Assembly: GCA_951406725.2 (NCBI GenBank)
Contig: OX597819.1
Span: 84,258,001-84,322,000, forward strand
DNA length: 64,000 nucleotides
Direction of reading: 5' to 3'
Source: Octopus vulgaris
Taxonomy: Eukaryota
A program made the translations under genes and the position numbers. This document shows, one piece after another, positions 52,076-64,000 of this stretch. Every line of letters starts with the position of its first letter. The stretch's first letter is position 1. The notes beneath the pieces are model-generated. The model was given only the letters and a program-made list of their open reading frames with translations, had not been told where the DNA came from and made no database searches.

Positions 52076-54245
52076 GGTGTGTGTGTGTACGTGCCCTTTC
52101 ATTTCCTGTAATTAAACAAAACTAAAATTAAGTAATTTATAAACTTTTTCATCTTTTACTTTTACTTGTTTCTGCCATTGAACTGCAGCCATTCTGGGGC
52201 ACCATCTTGGAGAGTTTTAGTCAAGCAAATTGACCCCAGTACTTATTTTTAAGTCTGGTACTTACTCTATCAGTTTCTTTTGTCAAACTGCTAAGTTACA
52301 GGGATATAAACAAACCAAAATTTGAAACCAATATTTTAAGCAGAGTGGTGGGGGAGAGAACAAATACACACACACATACATATATATACACAATGGGCTT
52401 CCACACAGTTTCTTTCTCCCAAATTCACTCAAAGGCATTAGTCAGCTCCAGGCTATAATAGAAGACACTTGCTCAGGATGCTGCATTGTGAGACTGAACT
52501 CAAAACCTCATGGTGGCAAAGTAAGCTTCTTAACCACACAACCATGCCTGCATCTAAATTAGTCATTAAATATTTTTATGATTTTTTTTTGGAAACTTTG
52601 ATTAACGTTGTTTTTTTTTTCAATGGGTTTCCTTCTTTTCATTTTAAACATGAAGATTCTTATCCAAATGACTTTTGCTTGAGAGGGTTTTGCTTAGTGG
52701 GTGGATTCGTCCTACATTCAATCTTAAGTAGATTGGTATTAAAAGGGGTAACCCTTTAGCATCTAACTGGCCCAAATATTTTATCTGTTTTATTGTCACA
52801 CCAGCTAAATCTGACCTCTCATGCCTACTCTACAATGTCATACTAAAAATAAACAATCACATCATCAAAATCTCGATGCTACAAGATAATGCCTCATTAA
52901 TTCAAAACAATAGTTGCAGTTCAATGACAGAAATAAGTAAAAGTAAAAGATGAAAGAGTTTATAAATTACTTAATTTTAGTTTAGTTAATTACAGGAAAT
53001 GAAAGGACACACACACACACACAATTTCATACATCATGATTTGTCATTCTTGATAGGCAGCTTATTTTCTGAGGAGAATTTTGTTTATCAAATACAGACA
53101 GATTTACATCAAAATCAAATCCTATTTAACAAAAAGTCTCAATCATTTACTGGAGTTATGATGCATTAAAATCTGCATTATATTTATGGATGGAAGCTTG
53201 AGAATAACAGAGTAATCTGAATGCTAAAGGGGGAAGCAAATCTAAGAAATATAATAGGGAAAAATTATAAAATAATTACTTAATCTCAAACTTTATTTGT
53301 TACCCATCTAATTAAATTGTTCCCAAAGAAGACAAAAGGATTACAACATGATAATGTAAAACTAATTGAAATATTTGCAGCTGGTTCCTTTTTATCATAT
53401 ATAACTTTGGCCATCTTATAATGTTTGCATACTCCTCAACATATAATATTATACTTACAGTGTATATTTGAGAGAAATAAGTAAAGTATTCTAACTAATA
53501 ATTATATTTCACCATTTAATCAGTGCAGTCCATCTTTGTTTTCTTCCTTCTTCAATTTTGGTTTATGAAACCTTATCACTTGTATCAGTATAATTTTTCA
53601 AGAGAAATCTGAAATTCAAATTCAAATTCCAAGATAATCACAAATTAACATTTCTAGAGTTTTGTTCAATAGTTTGAAAGAATATTCCATTTTCCTTTCT
53701 TTCCTTCTCTTCGTCTCATCGTCAACATCATCATCATCATCATCATCATCGTCATCGTCGTCGTCGTCATTGTCATCGTCGTCATCATCGTAGTCGTCGT
53801 CGTTGACATTGTTGTTGTTGTTGTCATTGTCATCGTCATCATCCACAGCAGCAGTACTAGCGTTCCTTTCTCTAAATCATTAGAAATAAAATTGATAAAT
53901 AAGTATTGTCTGTGTGCGGATTTTCATGAAATTTTCTATGACAGGTTTCACAGTCTGAGTTTAACTATTTTATTTAATGTCTTTGAAGCATTTATTCTCA
54001 GGCGTCCATCCATAAATATAATACAGATTTTATTGCATCATAACTCCAGACTTTTTGTTAAATAGGATTTGATATTGATGTAAATCTGTCTGTATTTGAT
54101 AAATAAAATTCTCCTCAGATAATAAGCCGCCTATCAAGCATGAGAAATCATGATGTATGAAATTGTGTGTGTGTGAGCGTGTGTGTGTGTGTATGTGTGT
54201 GTGTGAGTGTGTGTGTGTTTGTGTGTGTGAGTGTGTGTGTGTGTA

Positions 54246-54287
<42 letters not shown>

Positions 54288-55489
54288 GGTGTGTGTGTGT
54301 ACGTGCCCTTTCATTTCCTGTAATTAAACAAAACTAAAATTAAGTAATTTATAAACTTTTTCATCTTTTACTTTTACTTGTTTCTGCCATTGAACTGCAG
54401 CCATTCTGGGGCACCATCTTGGAGAGTTTTAGTCAAGCAAATTGACCCCAGTACTTATTTTTAAGTCTGGTACTTACTCTATCAGTTTCTTTTGTCAAAC
54501 TGCTAAGTTACAGGGATATAAACAAACCAAAATTTGAAACCAATATTTTAAGCAGAGTGGTGGGGGAGAGAACAAATACACACACACATACATATATATA
54601 CACAATGGGCTTCCACACAGTTTCTTTCTCCCAAATTCACTCAAAGGCATTAGTCAGCTCCAGGCTATAATAGAAGACACTTGCTCAGGATGCTGCATTG
54701 TGAGACTGAACTCAAAACCTCATGGTGGCAAAGTAAGCTTCTTAACCACACAACCATGCCTGCATCTAAATTAGTCATTAAATATTTTTATGATTTTTTT
54801 TTGGAAACTTTGATTAACGTTGTTTTTTTTTTCAATGGGTTTCCTTCTTTTCATTTTAAACATGAAGATTCTTATCCAAATGACTTTTGCTTGAGAGGGT
54901 TTTGCTTAGTGGGTGGATTCGTCCTACATTCAATCTTAAGTAGATTGGTATTAAAAGGGGTAACCCTTTAGCATCTAACTGGCCCAAATATTTTATCTGT
55001 TTTATTGTCACACCAGCTAAATCTGACCTCTCATGCCTACTCTACAATGTCATACTAAAAATAAACAATCACATCATCAAAATCTCGATGCTACAAGATA
55101 ATGCCTCATTAATTCAAAACAATAGTTGCAGTTCAATGACAGAAATAAGTAAAAGTAAAAGATGAAAGAGTTTATAAATTACTTAATTTTAGTTTAGTTA
55201 ATTACAGGAAATGAAAGGACACACACACACACACAATTTCATACATCATGATTTGTCATTCTTGATAGGCAGCTTATTTTCTGAGGAGAATTTTGTTTAT
55301 CAAATACAGACAGATTTACATCAAAATCAAATCCTATTTAACAAAAAGTCTCAATCATTTACTGGAGTTATGATGCATTAAAATCTGCATTATATTTATG
55401 GATGGAAGCTTGAGAATAACAGAGTAATCTGAATGCTAAAGGGGGAAGCAAATCTAAGAAATATAATAGGGAAAAATTATAAAATAATT
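51067..55489 (+). repeat. Near-identical tandem duplication, 2 x about 2.21 kb
   Basis: 51067-53276 matches 53277-55489; identical ORF pairs in the track at offsets 2210 and 2212. Confidence 0.97.
52150..52552 (-). mobile_element. SINE family A (duplicate at about 54362-54764)
   Basis: Reverse complement of family A. Confidence 0.75.
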
Positions 55490-56170
55490 CATTGGTCTTT
55501 TGTTAACAAAAATGCATTGTAATCACACTGATCTGAATATTTTTCTTTAATATTTTAAGCAGAGTCTTAGCACACCAGGCGAAATGCTTTGCAGCATTTC
55601 ATCTGTTTTTATGTTCTGAGTTCAAATTCTGCCAGGATCGATTTTGTCTTTCATCTTTTGGGGTTTGATAAAATAAGTTCCAATTGAACACTGAGGTCAA
55701 TGTAATCAACTTACCCCAATCTCTTAAAATTGCTGCCCTTGTGCCAAAATTTGAAACCAATATTTCAAGCAAAGATGCACCACCAAAGAGTGTACCATTA
55801 GGTCCACTTGTGCCACATTCCTGCAATAACATCTATTAATCCTGCTCTAAGATTTCTTTTAACAGTAGTTATGCTGCATGAATTAAAAGCTGAGTTTTGT
55901 TACAGTTTTTTCCTGCTCAGATATGAAAAAGACATCACAAGCAATAGGTGTCACTTATTGCAACCAAATGATCACAAGAAACTCAAGTTTTTAAAACATA
56001 TTGTTAATGAAAGACATGGTTGTTGGTGGTGTGTAGTACCAGATTAGCTATAATCAAGCAACCCTATAATCAAAGACATTCTAACAGTTACCGTCTCTTG
56101 TTTTCTCTAAGACTGCAGGGTGTGATTTGAGAGAGACATACTTGCCACAGGTTAAGTAATATAACCACTA

Positions 56171-56387
56171 CAAAAGGGTGCTGAAAAGTTCCTGGCTTTG
56201 TGGATATTGCAAAAGGTCCGATTGGTGGCCCTACCTTCAGAGTTCTTTTACAAGGCTTAGTAAAACTGAAGGACCACTGCAATAAATGTGTGAATCTGAG
56301 AGGGGAATATGTTGAATAAAATCATAATTAACTTATCCTCCTGTATTTTCTTTTACCCAAAACCAGGAACTTTTCAGCACCCCCTTG
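56171..56387. mobile_element. Mariner-derived MITE
   Basis: TA|caaaagggtgctgaaaagttcctgg ... ccaggaacttttcagcacccccttg|TA. Confidence 0.85.
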
Positions 56388-56438
56388 TAGTGTATCTATA
56401 CTACTTGACTGATATATATATATATATATATATATATA

Positions 56439-59109
56439 CTAGCATTAAAGACCCGTCGTTGCCGGGTCATAGTGCTAGTGCATGTATATATGTGTATATA
56501 TATGTGTACATACTACATGTACATCTATATATATATACATCTACACATAAAATACAAAATACAAAGTTATATCTTGATATCGCTAGTGATAACAATACTC
56601 AAAATATATAACAGACTGGAATTGTTAGCCTGTCTCTTGTAATTTCGATCAATTGTATCTTGTCCTCCCTCTTGTATAGAAGTGTGGCTACAATCCAGCC
56701 TACCTCTACTTCGGGGGTGGGGCATTTTAAATTTTTTTCTGGGACGTCCTATGTCCCAGATATAAAGGTAAAAATAAAATATTTCCACTTTGCAAGTTCA
56801 AGTACTCCCTTGCACGCTCTGTTGACTTGAACCTTGCTTCTATTGTGGCAAATTTACCGCCTCTGATTAGATAGCTTTCATAGTTGCACCAAGACACTTT
56901 TCGAAGGTGCTTTCCTCCAGGTTATTTCTTTATTACCCACCAGGGGCTACGAAGACCGGCTTACATAACAAAACATGGGGGACATAGAACAATATGATTA
57001 AATTTATGAGCAAATGAATATTAAAATGAAAAAATGATAATATGAAAGCGATGCTAACGGCCCCCTCCACCAGCATCACTTACCTGTCCTTTTGTTTTCA
57101 CTGTCACCCGAATGTTCATTCCCAATACGAAGACCATCCATATCCATTCTTACTCCGAAATACTCCTCCATATTTTCCACGAATTCATCGCTCATTCTTG
57201 TATCTTTCACCTCCCAATTCTCCCTTTCACACCTCAACACAAACTCATCTATATTCTTCTTTTCCAGCACTGCATATCTGGTCTCACCTATTTCATACCA
57301 TTTATACTTTTCCATTACCCTTTTAACTTCTTTCTGTTCAGTCATAATATAAATGTTCGGCCTGGGTTTGATTTCAAACTCTTGTCTGTCTGTATTATTT
57401 TTTTTCTTTTGTTTTCTTGTTGGAGGGAAGCGGGTGGGTTCACTGTCTGCAGGGATAGGGTGGGTCTCAGAGGGTGTGGGTGGTGTTGGGGTGGATTGGT
57501 GTTCTATGTTATTTTCTTTTCCTCATATTCTTCTCTTCCTCTTATTCCCAGCTTCTTTCCATTTCTGTGAATTCTCTTCTTCTACCGTCTCCTTCTTCTC
57601 TGGTTTCTGCTTCTCTCTCTGTGGTTCGGAATCCATTTCTTTTACTGGGGGAGGGCAGAAGGCTCTTATGTGACCCCTCAGGCCACACTTGTAACAATGT
57701 GGAGCTCTGCCCTCCACCCACACTCTCATGATCACGTCTCCCAATCTGATGCTTTCCGCCAGGTCCACCAGTATCTCGTTCTCTGCCTGCACGTTCAGTT
57801 CCACTGTTACGCCTCTCCAGCCCTCGGTCTTAACCAAGGCATGGAGAATATCCACTTCCTCCTCGTGGCCGCTGATCACAGCCGCCACAACCACTCTGCC
57901 TCAACGTTTGGTGGCACTCCCTCGACCCTTACTCGTGTAATTTTTCTGTTTAAATACGTAGGCAAAAGTGTTACCTTTTCGGATTTCACCGCCTTCGCCG
58001 CCATCTTCCTTGCTGCATTCTCACTTTTAAAATGTACCACTACGGTACCATACTTTGATCCTCGAGTCAGAAAATTAAATTCCTCCTCCGTTCTTCTCAG
58101 CGCCTCCTCTATCCACTCCATGTTTACAACTTCTATCTTCTTCCTTTCGTTTGCGAACACCCTGTATATAATGGTCCTTTTATCATACCATTCTTTTCTC
58201 TTGGGTGTCGGTGCTAGTTCGACCTCACCGCTATCCTTTTTCATATATTTCTGGTAACTTGGCAGCTTGGCCAAGTCCACCCCTTTCTCTTCCGCCTTCT
58301 TGGTTACACCGGCATAGGTATAACCCAGCTTTCGATCCATCATTCTCACTGCCTGTTCCAGTTCTTCCTCAGACGTAGACAAGTCTGATAGGGAATCAAA
58401 GTCCATTTCCTTCTGTCTGACAGACCGCAAACGGCCGCCCGAACAGAAAAAGTGTAACTCGTAGAACCCGTGTAACACGAAACCGCATCAACGACGTTCA
58501 AAATTTCTATACTTTTTGTTCTTTTTTCTTTTTTAACCGAATTTTACAGAGCGCAAAAAACACGACCGCGGTGCTCAAAATCTTCTTTTTTCTCTACATT
58601 GTATACTTTATAGACAATAGTCTTTTCTTTAATTTAATTTTTTATTATCCATCTGGACTATTCCATTTCTGCACGCTAATTTTATTTTTAATTTATTCCC
58701 ATTCATGTGAAACCACTTATTCAAGTTCAAATCATTGATGCAATTTTATACCAATTGCTATTTTTACTTTTGTTATGTTACGATTATATTATACTTTAGT
58801 TTGATTTTAATTATTACTTACTACATATAATTCAATTGTTATTATTATTGTTATTGTTAAAGTGAAAGTATCTGACATAAAATAGAGAGACATTTTTGTT
58901 TCACTTTTAACACGTAATATTGAAATAGTGGAGAAGATATGATATTGCTATGGGCTCGCTCTAGGCAAGAAGTTGAACATTTTTTTGCCCATGAAACTAC
59001 ATGGACCCTAAGTAAGGCATGTGTAAAATTTGAATGAAATTGGTTGTGTAGTTCTCAAGTTTTAGGGAAACATGCAGACAGACAGACATTCTCAGTTTTA
59101 TATATATAA

Positions 59110-59112
<3 letters not shown>
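56439..59112 (-). mobile_element. Non-autonomous Helitron with internal LINE fragment
   Basis: Minus strand starts A|TC at 59112 and ends with hairpin GACCCG-GCAACGA-CGGGTC followed by CTAG|T at 56439. Confidence 0.85.
56920..58580 (-). mobile_element. Internally deleted L1/Tx1-like LINE: frameshifted ORF1 with CCHC knuckle plus ORF2 tail
   Basis: ORFs 57876-58478 and 57523-57894 (CYKCGLRGHIRAFC; RVRVEGVPP); 57076-57345 as likely ORF2 end; AATAAA at the 3' end. Confidence 0.7.
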
Positions 59113-59196
<84 letters not shown>

Positions 59197-60344
59197 GTAA
59201 GCTTAAAGTGGTAAAGGTGTCAACTATTACAACCAAATGATCGCAAGAAACTAAAGTTTTTAAAACATATTGTTACTGAAAGACATGATTGTTGGTGTGT
59301 AGCTCCATATTAGCTATGATCAAGCAGCCACATAATCAAAGACATTCTACCAGGGACCATCTCATCTTTATTTTTATTCAAACCTAGTGCATCCCAGATT
59401 ATTTTATCAAATGTATTCTTCCCTTCCTAAGATTGCAGGGTGTGATCTGAGGGAGATATACCTGCCACAGGTTAAGTGATATAACCACCATGTATGTGCT
59501 ACTTGACTGATATGTTTAAAAGGGAAGTGGAGTGGATTGGTAAAGGGACTAACATTTTTTATAATACATTATCTGATCCAACTGAGCTTTCATTTCATAG
59601 TCCTAACCCTTTATTGGTCCTTTCAATTATTTCCCATTATCACACTACAGAAAAATTTTTTGAAGAGTTGGGGATTAAACTATTTAAGCCACATGGAAAA
59701 GCATTTCAGTTCAAATAAATATTCTCTTTAAAACAAACTATATTGAATGTAAATATTTGTGCACATATGTGTGTGAGTGTGTGCATGCATGTGTGTGTGA
59801 GTGTATGTGTGTCCGTGTGTGAATATGTGTGTGCATGCATATGTATGTGTGTGAGAAAGAGACAGAGTGTGAGAGAAAGAGAGAGAGAAAGAGAGAGCTG
59901 TATTAAAAAATGAAAGTGTTTCTTAAAGGATATCTTCTCTCGTTTATCAGCAAACAAAACACATGCTTATTTGCAATTATGACCCTGTAAAAGGTTAAAT
60001 AAACCAAGAAAATTAGGAAATGTCACTGACAAGATGATAAATATTTAAAGAATGGTTGATTTTATTTTTAATAAATCACAATATCAACATTTGCATGTGG
60101 TGCCATAAAACAAACAATCAGTCAACTAATCCGGTTGTGTCAGTGGTTACACTGAAGGAGTGCTGAATGCCAAAGATAGTGTCTGTAGATAGTCAATATT
60201 AACTGGGAAATCAGTAGTTTGTTAAATCACTGAATGTTTATGTACAGGTCTCTGGATTAAAATTTCTAGCCATCAAGTTTTTTCAGCTAGCTTTCAGAAT
60301 TCTACTGCTAATCTCACTTGTATGATACAGAAGTAAGCACTAAT

Positions 60345-61156
60345 CATTGTCATCATCGTCCTTGTTATCATTGTCATTGTCTTTATCGTCGCCGTCATTG
60401 TTATTGTCATTGTCATCACCACCACCACTGCTGCCACTGCCACCGCCACCACTGCTGTAACCACCACTGCTGCCGCCACTACCACTGCTGCCACAACTAC
60501 CACTGCTGCCACCACCACCACCACTGTTGCCACCATCACCATTGCTGCCACCACTGCTGCCATCACCATCACTGCTGCCACCACCACCACTGCAGCCATC
60601 ACCATCACTGCTGCCACCACCACCACTGCTGCCACCACCACCACTGCTGCCACCACCACTACTGCTGCCACCACCAATGCTGCAACCACTACCACTGCTG
60701 CCACCACCACTATTGCCGCCACTACCACTGCCACCATCACTACTGCTGCCACCACCACCACTGTTGCCACCATCACCATTGCTGCCACCACTGCTGCCAT
60801 CACCATCACTGCTGCCACCACCACCACCACTGCAGCCATCACCATCACTGCTGCCACCACCACCACTGCTGCCACCACCACCACTGCTGCCACCACCACT
60901 ACTGCTGCCACCACCACCAATGCTGCCACCACTACCACTGTTGCCGCCACCACCATTGCTGCCACTACCACTGCCACCACCACTACTGCTGCCACCGCCA
61001 CCACTGTTGCCACCACCACCACTGCTGCCACCACCACCACTGCTGCCACCACTACTACTGCTGCCACCACCACCACTGCTGCCACAACCACTACTGCTGC
61101 CACCACCACCACCTCAATTATCATCATCACCATCATCATCATCATCATTATCATCT
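60345..61156. repeat. Triplet-based minisatellite (CCA/CTG, about 18-bp unit) with about 240-bp internal duplication
   Basis: 60601-60660 is identical to 60841-60900. Confidence 0.9.
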
Positions 61157-61924
61157 GATCTCCATGCTTCATGTTGACATGTGTTGAATGTTTTGACAGC
61201 TTTCAGTGAGTCCAGTGTCTGTTTTGGCATGCTTTCCCTGGCTGGATGCCCTTCCTAATGTCAACCATTTTACAGTGCATACTAGATGGTTTTCTTATGC
61301 CACTGGCATTAGTGAAATCACCCATGAAACCAAAGGAGTTGGAGAAGTTTTATGCTTGGAGATGAGGACTCAGGTATGAGAAGAGGGTTGGGTATAGCAA
61401 ATTCTTGTTTGTAGAGGAGCAGCATGGCTACTCACATTTAGAGGAGAGCCTGAGAATGATTCTGTAGTAACTACAAAGAGATAAATAGTGGTGATGAGGT
61501 GTCCAGGTTGCATCTCAAGATATGAGGTGAGAAGAAATGAGTGGGGTCAGAATCTAGCAATGTATGTTGGGTTGGGTTTGCAAGACTATGCTTAGAGCAA
61601 GAAATTGGGGAAATGATAGAAAAGAGGTAGTGAAAAAAATAATTTATATAGATATTTAGTTATCTATACTCACATCATCATCATCATCATCATCATCATC
61701 ACCAATATTATCATCACCGTTTAACGTCTGTTTTCCACGCTGGCATGGGTTGGACGATTTGTCAGGAGCTGGCAAGCCAGAAGACTCACCAGTCTTCAAT
61801 GTCTTCTGTTTTTACATGGTTTTTATGGCTGGATGCTCTTCCTAATGCCAACCACTTTACAGAGTAACCTGGGTGTTTTTTTACATGGCACCAGCACTAG
61901 GTGAAGCCTGCTTTAGCATAGTTT

Positions 61925-62902
61925 TTTCAGCTGGATGTGCCCAGTGTAAGCTATGAACACATAAGAGGTGCAGCAATATCAAAGGAAGGTTAACTGGGAA
62001 GATAGTCTTTGTGTGTGGCAGATGCACAAGGGCAATAAACACCAAAGATGTACAGAAAACAGATTTGATCACATGTCAGGGAGAAAAAATCAGAAGTAGT
62101 TGATAGCTTCCGTTACCTAGGTGACCAAGTCAGTAGCAGTGCTGGATGCTCTGAGAGTGTAGCTGCTAGAATAAGAATAGCCTGGGCAAAGTTCAGAGAG
62201 CTCCTACCTCTGCTGGTGACAAAGGGCCTCTCACTGTGCATACACGACAGAGTGTAAGCACCCTGAGAGAAAAGTTGGATATAAGAAGCATCAGATGTGG
62301 TGTGTAAGAGAGACAACTGTGCTGGTATGGTCATGTGTTGCGTATAGATGAGGACAGCTGTGTGAAAAGACATGGGATGAGGTGGTGAAGCCCAACCTTC
62401 GAATATTGAGCCTCACAGGGGCAATGACAGGTGACCAAGACCTTTGGAAATATGTTGTGCTTGAGAAGACCCTGCCAGTGTCACATAACTGGCCCATTTA
62501 AAAGTACCCTTCAATCATCAGGCAGTATGCTGTGCTTGAGAAGACTTGTTGAGCCAAGTGAAATTATGGTCATGGCCAATGCTAGTGCTGCATGACTGGC
62601 ACCTGTGCTGGTGACATGTAAAAAGCACCATTTGAGCATGGCCAATGTCAGTGCTGGTGGCACATAAAAAGCACCATTCAAATTTGGTCGATGCACTAGC
62701 CACCTGACTGGCCCCCATGCCGGTGGCACATAAAATGCACCCACTACACTCTCAGAGTGGTTGGGATTAGGAAGAGCATCCAGCTGTACAAACTTTGTCA
62801 GATCAGATTGGAGCCTGGTGCAGTCAGTCCTCAGTCAAACCGTTCAACCCATACCAGCATGGAAAGCAGACATTAAACAATGATGATGATGATGATGATG
62901 AT
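61925..62902 (+). mobile_element. RTE-type LINE 3' remnant with RT C-terminus
   Basis: DSFRYLGDQVSSSAGCSESVAARIRIAWAKFRELLPLL, then 3' UTR and (GAT)n tail. Confidence 0.85.
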
Positions 62903-63769
62903 ACACACATATATATATAAATACATATATATACATATATACACATATATAAATACATAAATATACACACACATATACACATATACAGAGATACATAATA
63001 CACACACATATTTATAAATTTGTATGTGACTTAGCATTTGTATTTGTACGCTACCACTGTTTGACAATATGTCATTCATAACTTAGAAATCTGGCAAAAG
63101 AGAGACAGAATGAGTTCCAGACTTAAAAATAAGTACTGGGGTTGATTTGTTCAACTAATCTCTTCCAGGTGGTGCTCCAGCATGGCCACAGTTCAATGAT
63201 TGAAACAAGTAAAAGATGAAATATAAAAGAATAATCTTGATATATATTAAAATTTATCCCTTCAGCAATAGCATGTACTTTACTGCAGAATCTAGTTACA
63301 GCTAAGTAAACTGATCTGATGAGAGTCATGGGTGGTAAGCTAAACAGATCAACTGGTTTAACACTGCTAGCTGATTTTTAAGTGCCTGCAGTGTCATTCA
63401 CTCTGTTGCAAGCATTGAAACTAGATAATCAGGCTTCCCTCACCTACATTTAGCCTCAGATATTGAGCTGCAGATATTTAGGCTAGATATCAACCATACT
63501 AATTTCATATGTCTGAGGTGGTCTCTTTGATTAAAGAACAAAATTTAAGAAACTAGTATAGCATTAGACTAACCTAAGGCAGTAAGCTGGCAGAATTGTT
63601 GACACATCAAGCAAGATCATCTCTACATTTTAGGTTGGCTTTGCCTCTCATCTTTTGGGGGGTCAATAAGGACCAGTTGAGCATTGGGGTCGATTTAATT
63701 GACTTGGCTCCTTCCCAAAACTGCTGGGCTTGTGCCAAAAATTTGAAACCCTACTTGACCTATCTAAAT

Positions 63770-63930
63770 CATGCTGTATTGATATTTGATGGGCTGCTAC
63801 CTGAATATTCTTGTTTAAATCCATGCTGGATAGCATCAAAAATATTTCTCTTAACTTTGTCAGTGATTACCTTGTTTATCACATTTTTGATTAGTCTTGT
63901 CATGTGGCTTGTAAAGATAATTAAGACAGC
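63770..63930 (-). mobile_element. LINE RT N-terminal fragment
   Basis: IFTSHMTRLIKNVI...QHGF. Confidence 0.5.
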
Positions 63931-64000
63931 AATATTGGTTTCAAATTTTTGGCACAAGGCCAGCAATTTCAGGTTAGGCAATAAGTTTGATTACACCAAC

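Overview
AT-rich eukaryotic DNA, dense in microsatellites and transposons. The SINE families, RTE 3' ends and Penelope repeats suggest a cephalopod (Octopus-like) genome; this is an inference. Nearly all listed ORFs are translated simple repeats. Supported content: a decayed near-complete Penelope-like element (PLE; RT plus GIY-YIG, about 37.98-40.6 kb), several truncated or inverted PLE remnants, a full-length decayed Tc1, mariner and maT remnants, CR1- and RTE-type LINE remnants, a non-autonomous Helitron carrying an L1/Tx1-like fragment, many tRNA-derived SINEs, a near-identical 2.2-kb tandem duplication, and a few candidate minus-strand exons of an unidentified host gene. The most interesting signal is a set of minimal type-I hammerhead-ribozyme-like motifs from several unrelated PLE terminal repeats. 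They carry different catalytic-core variants (U3-A8 covariation, U4C, A6U plus an insertion, canonical), mostly have palindromic stem III, and often sit in inverted pairs with one motif per strand. All structure calls were read by eye; none was computed or tested, and repeat boundaries are approximate.
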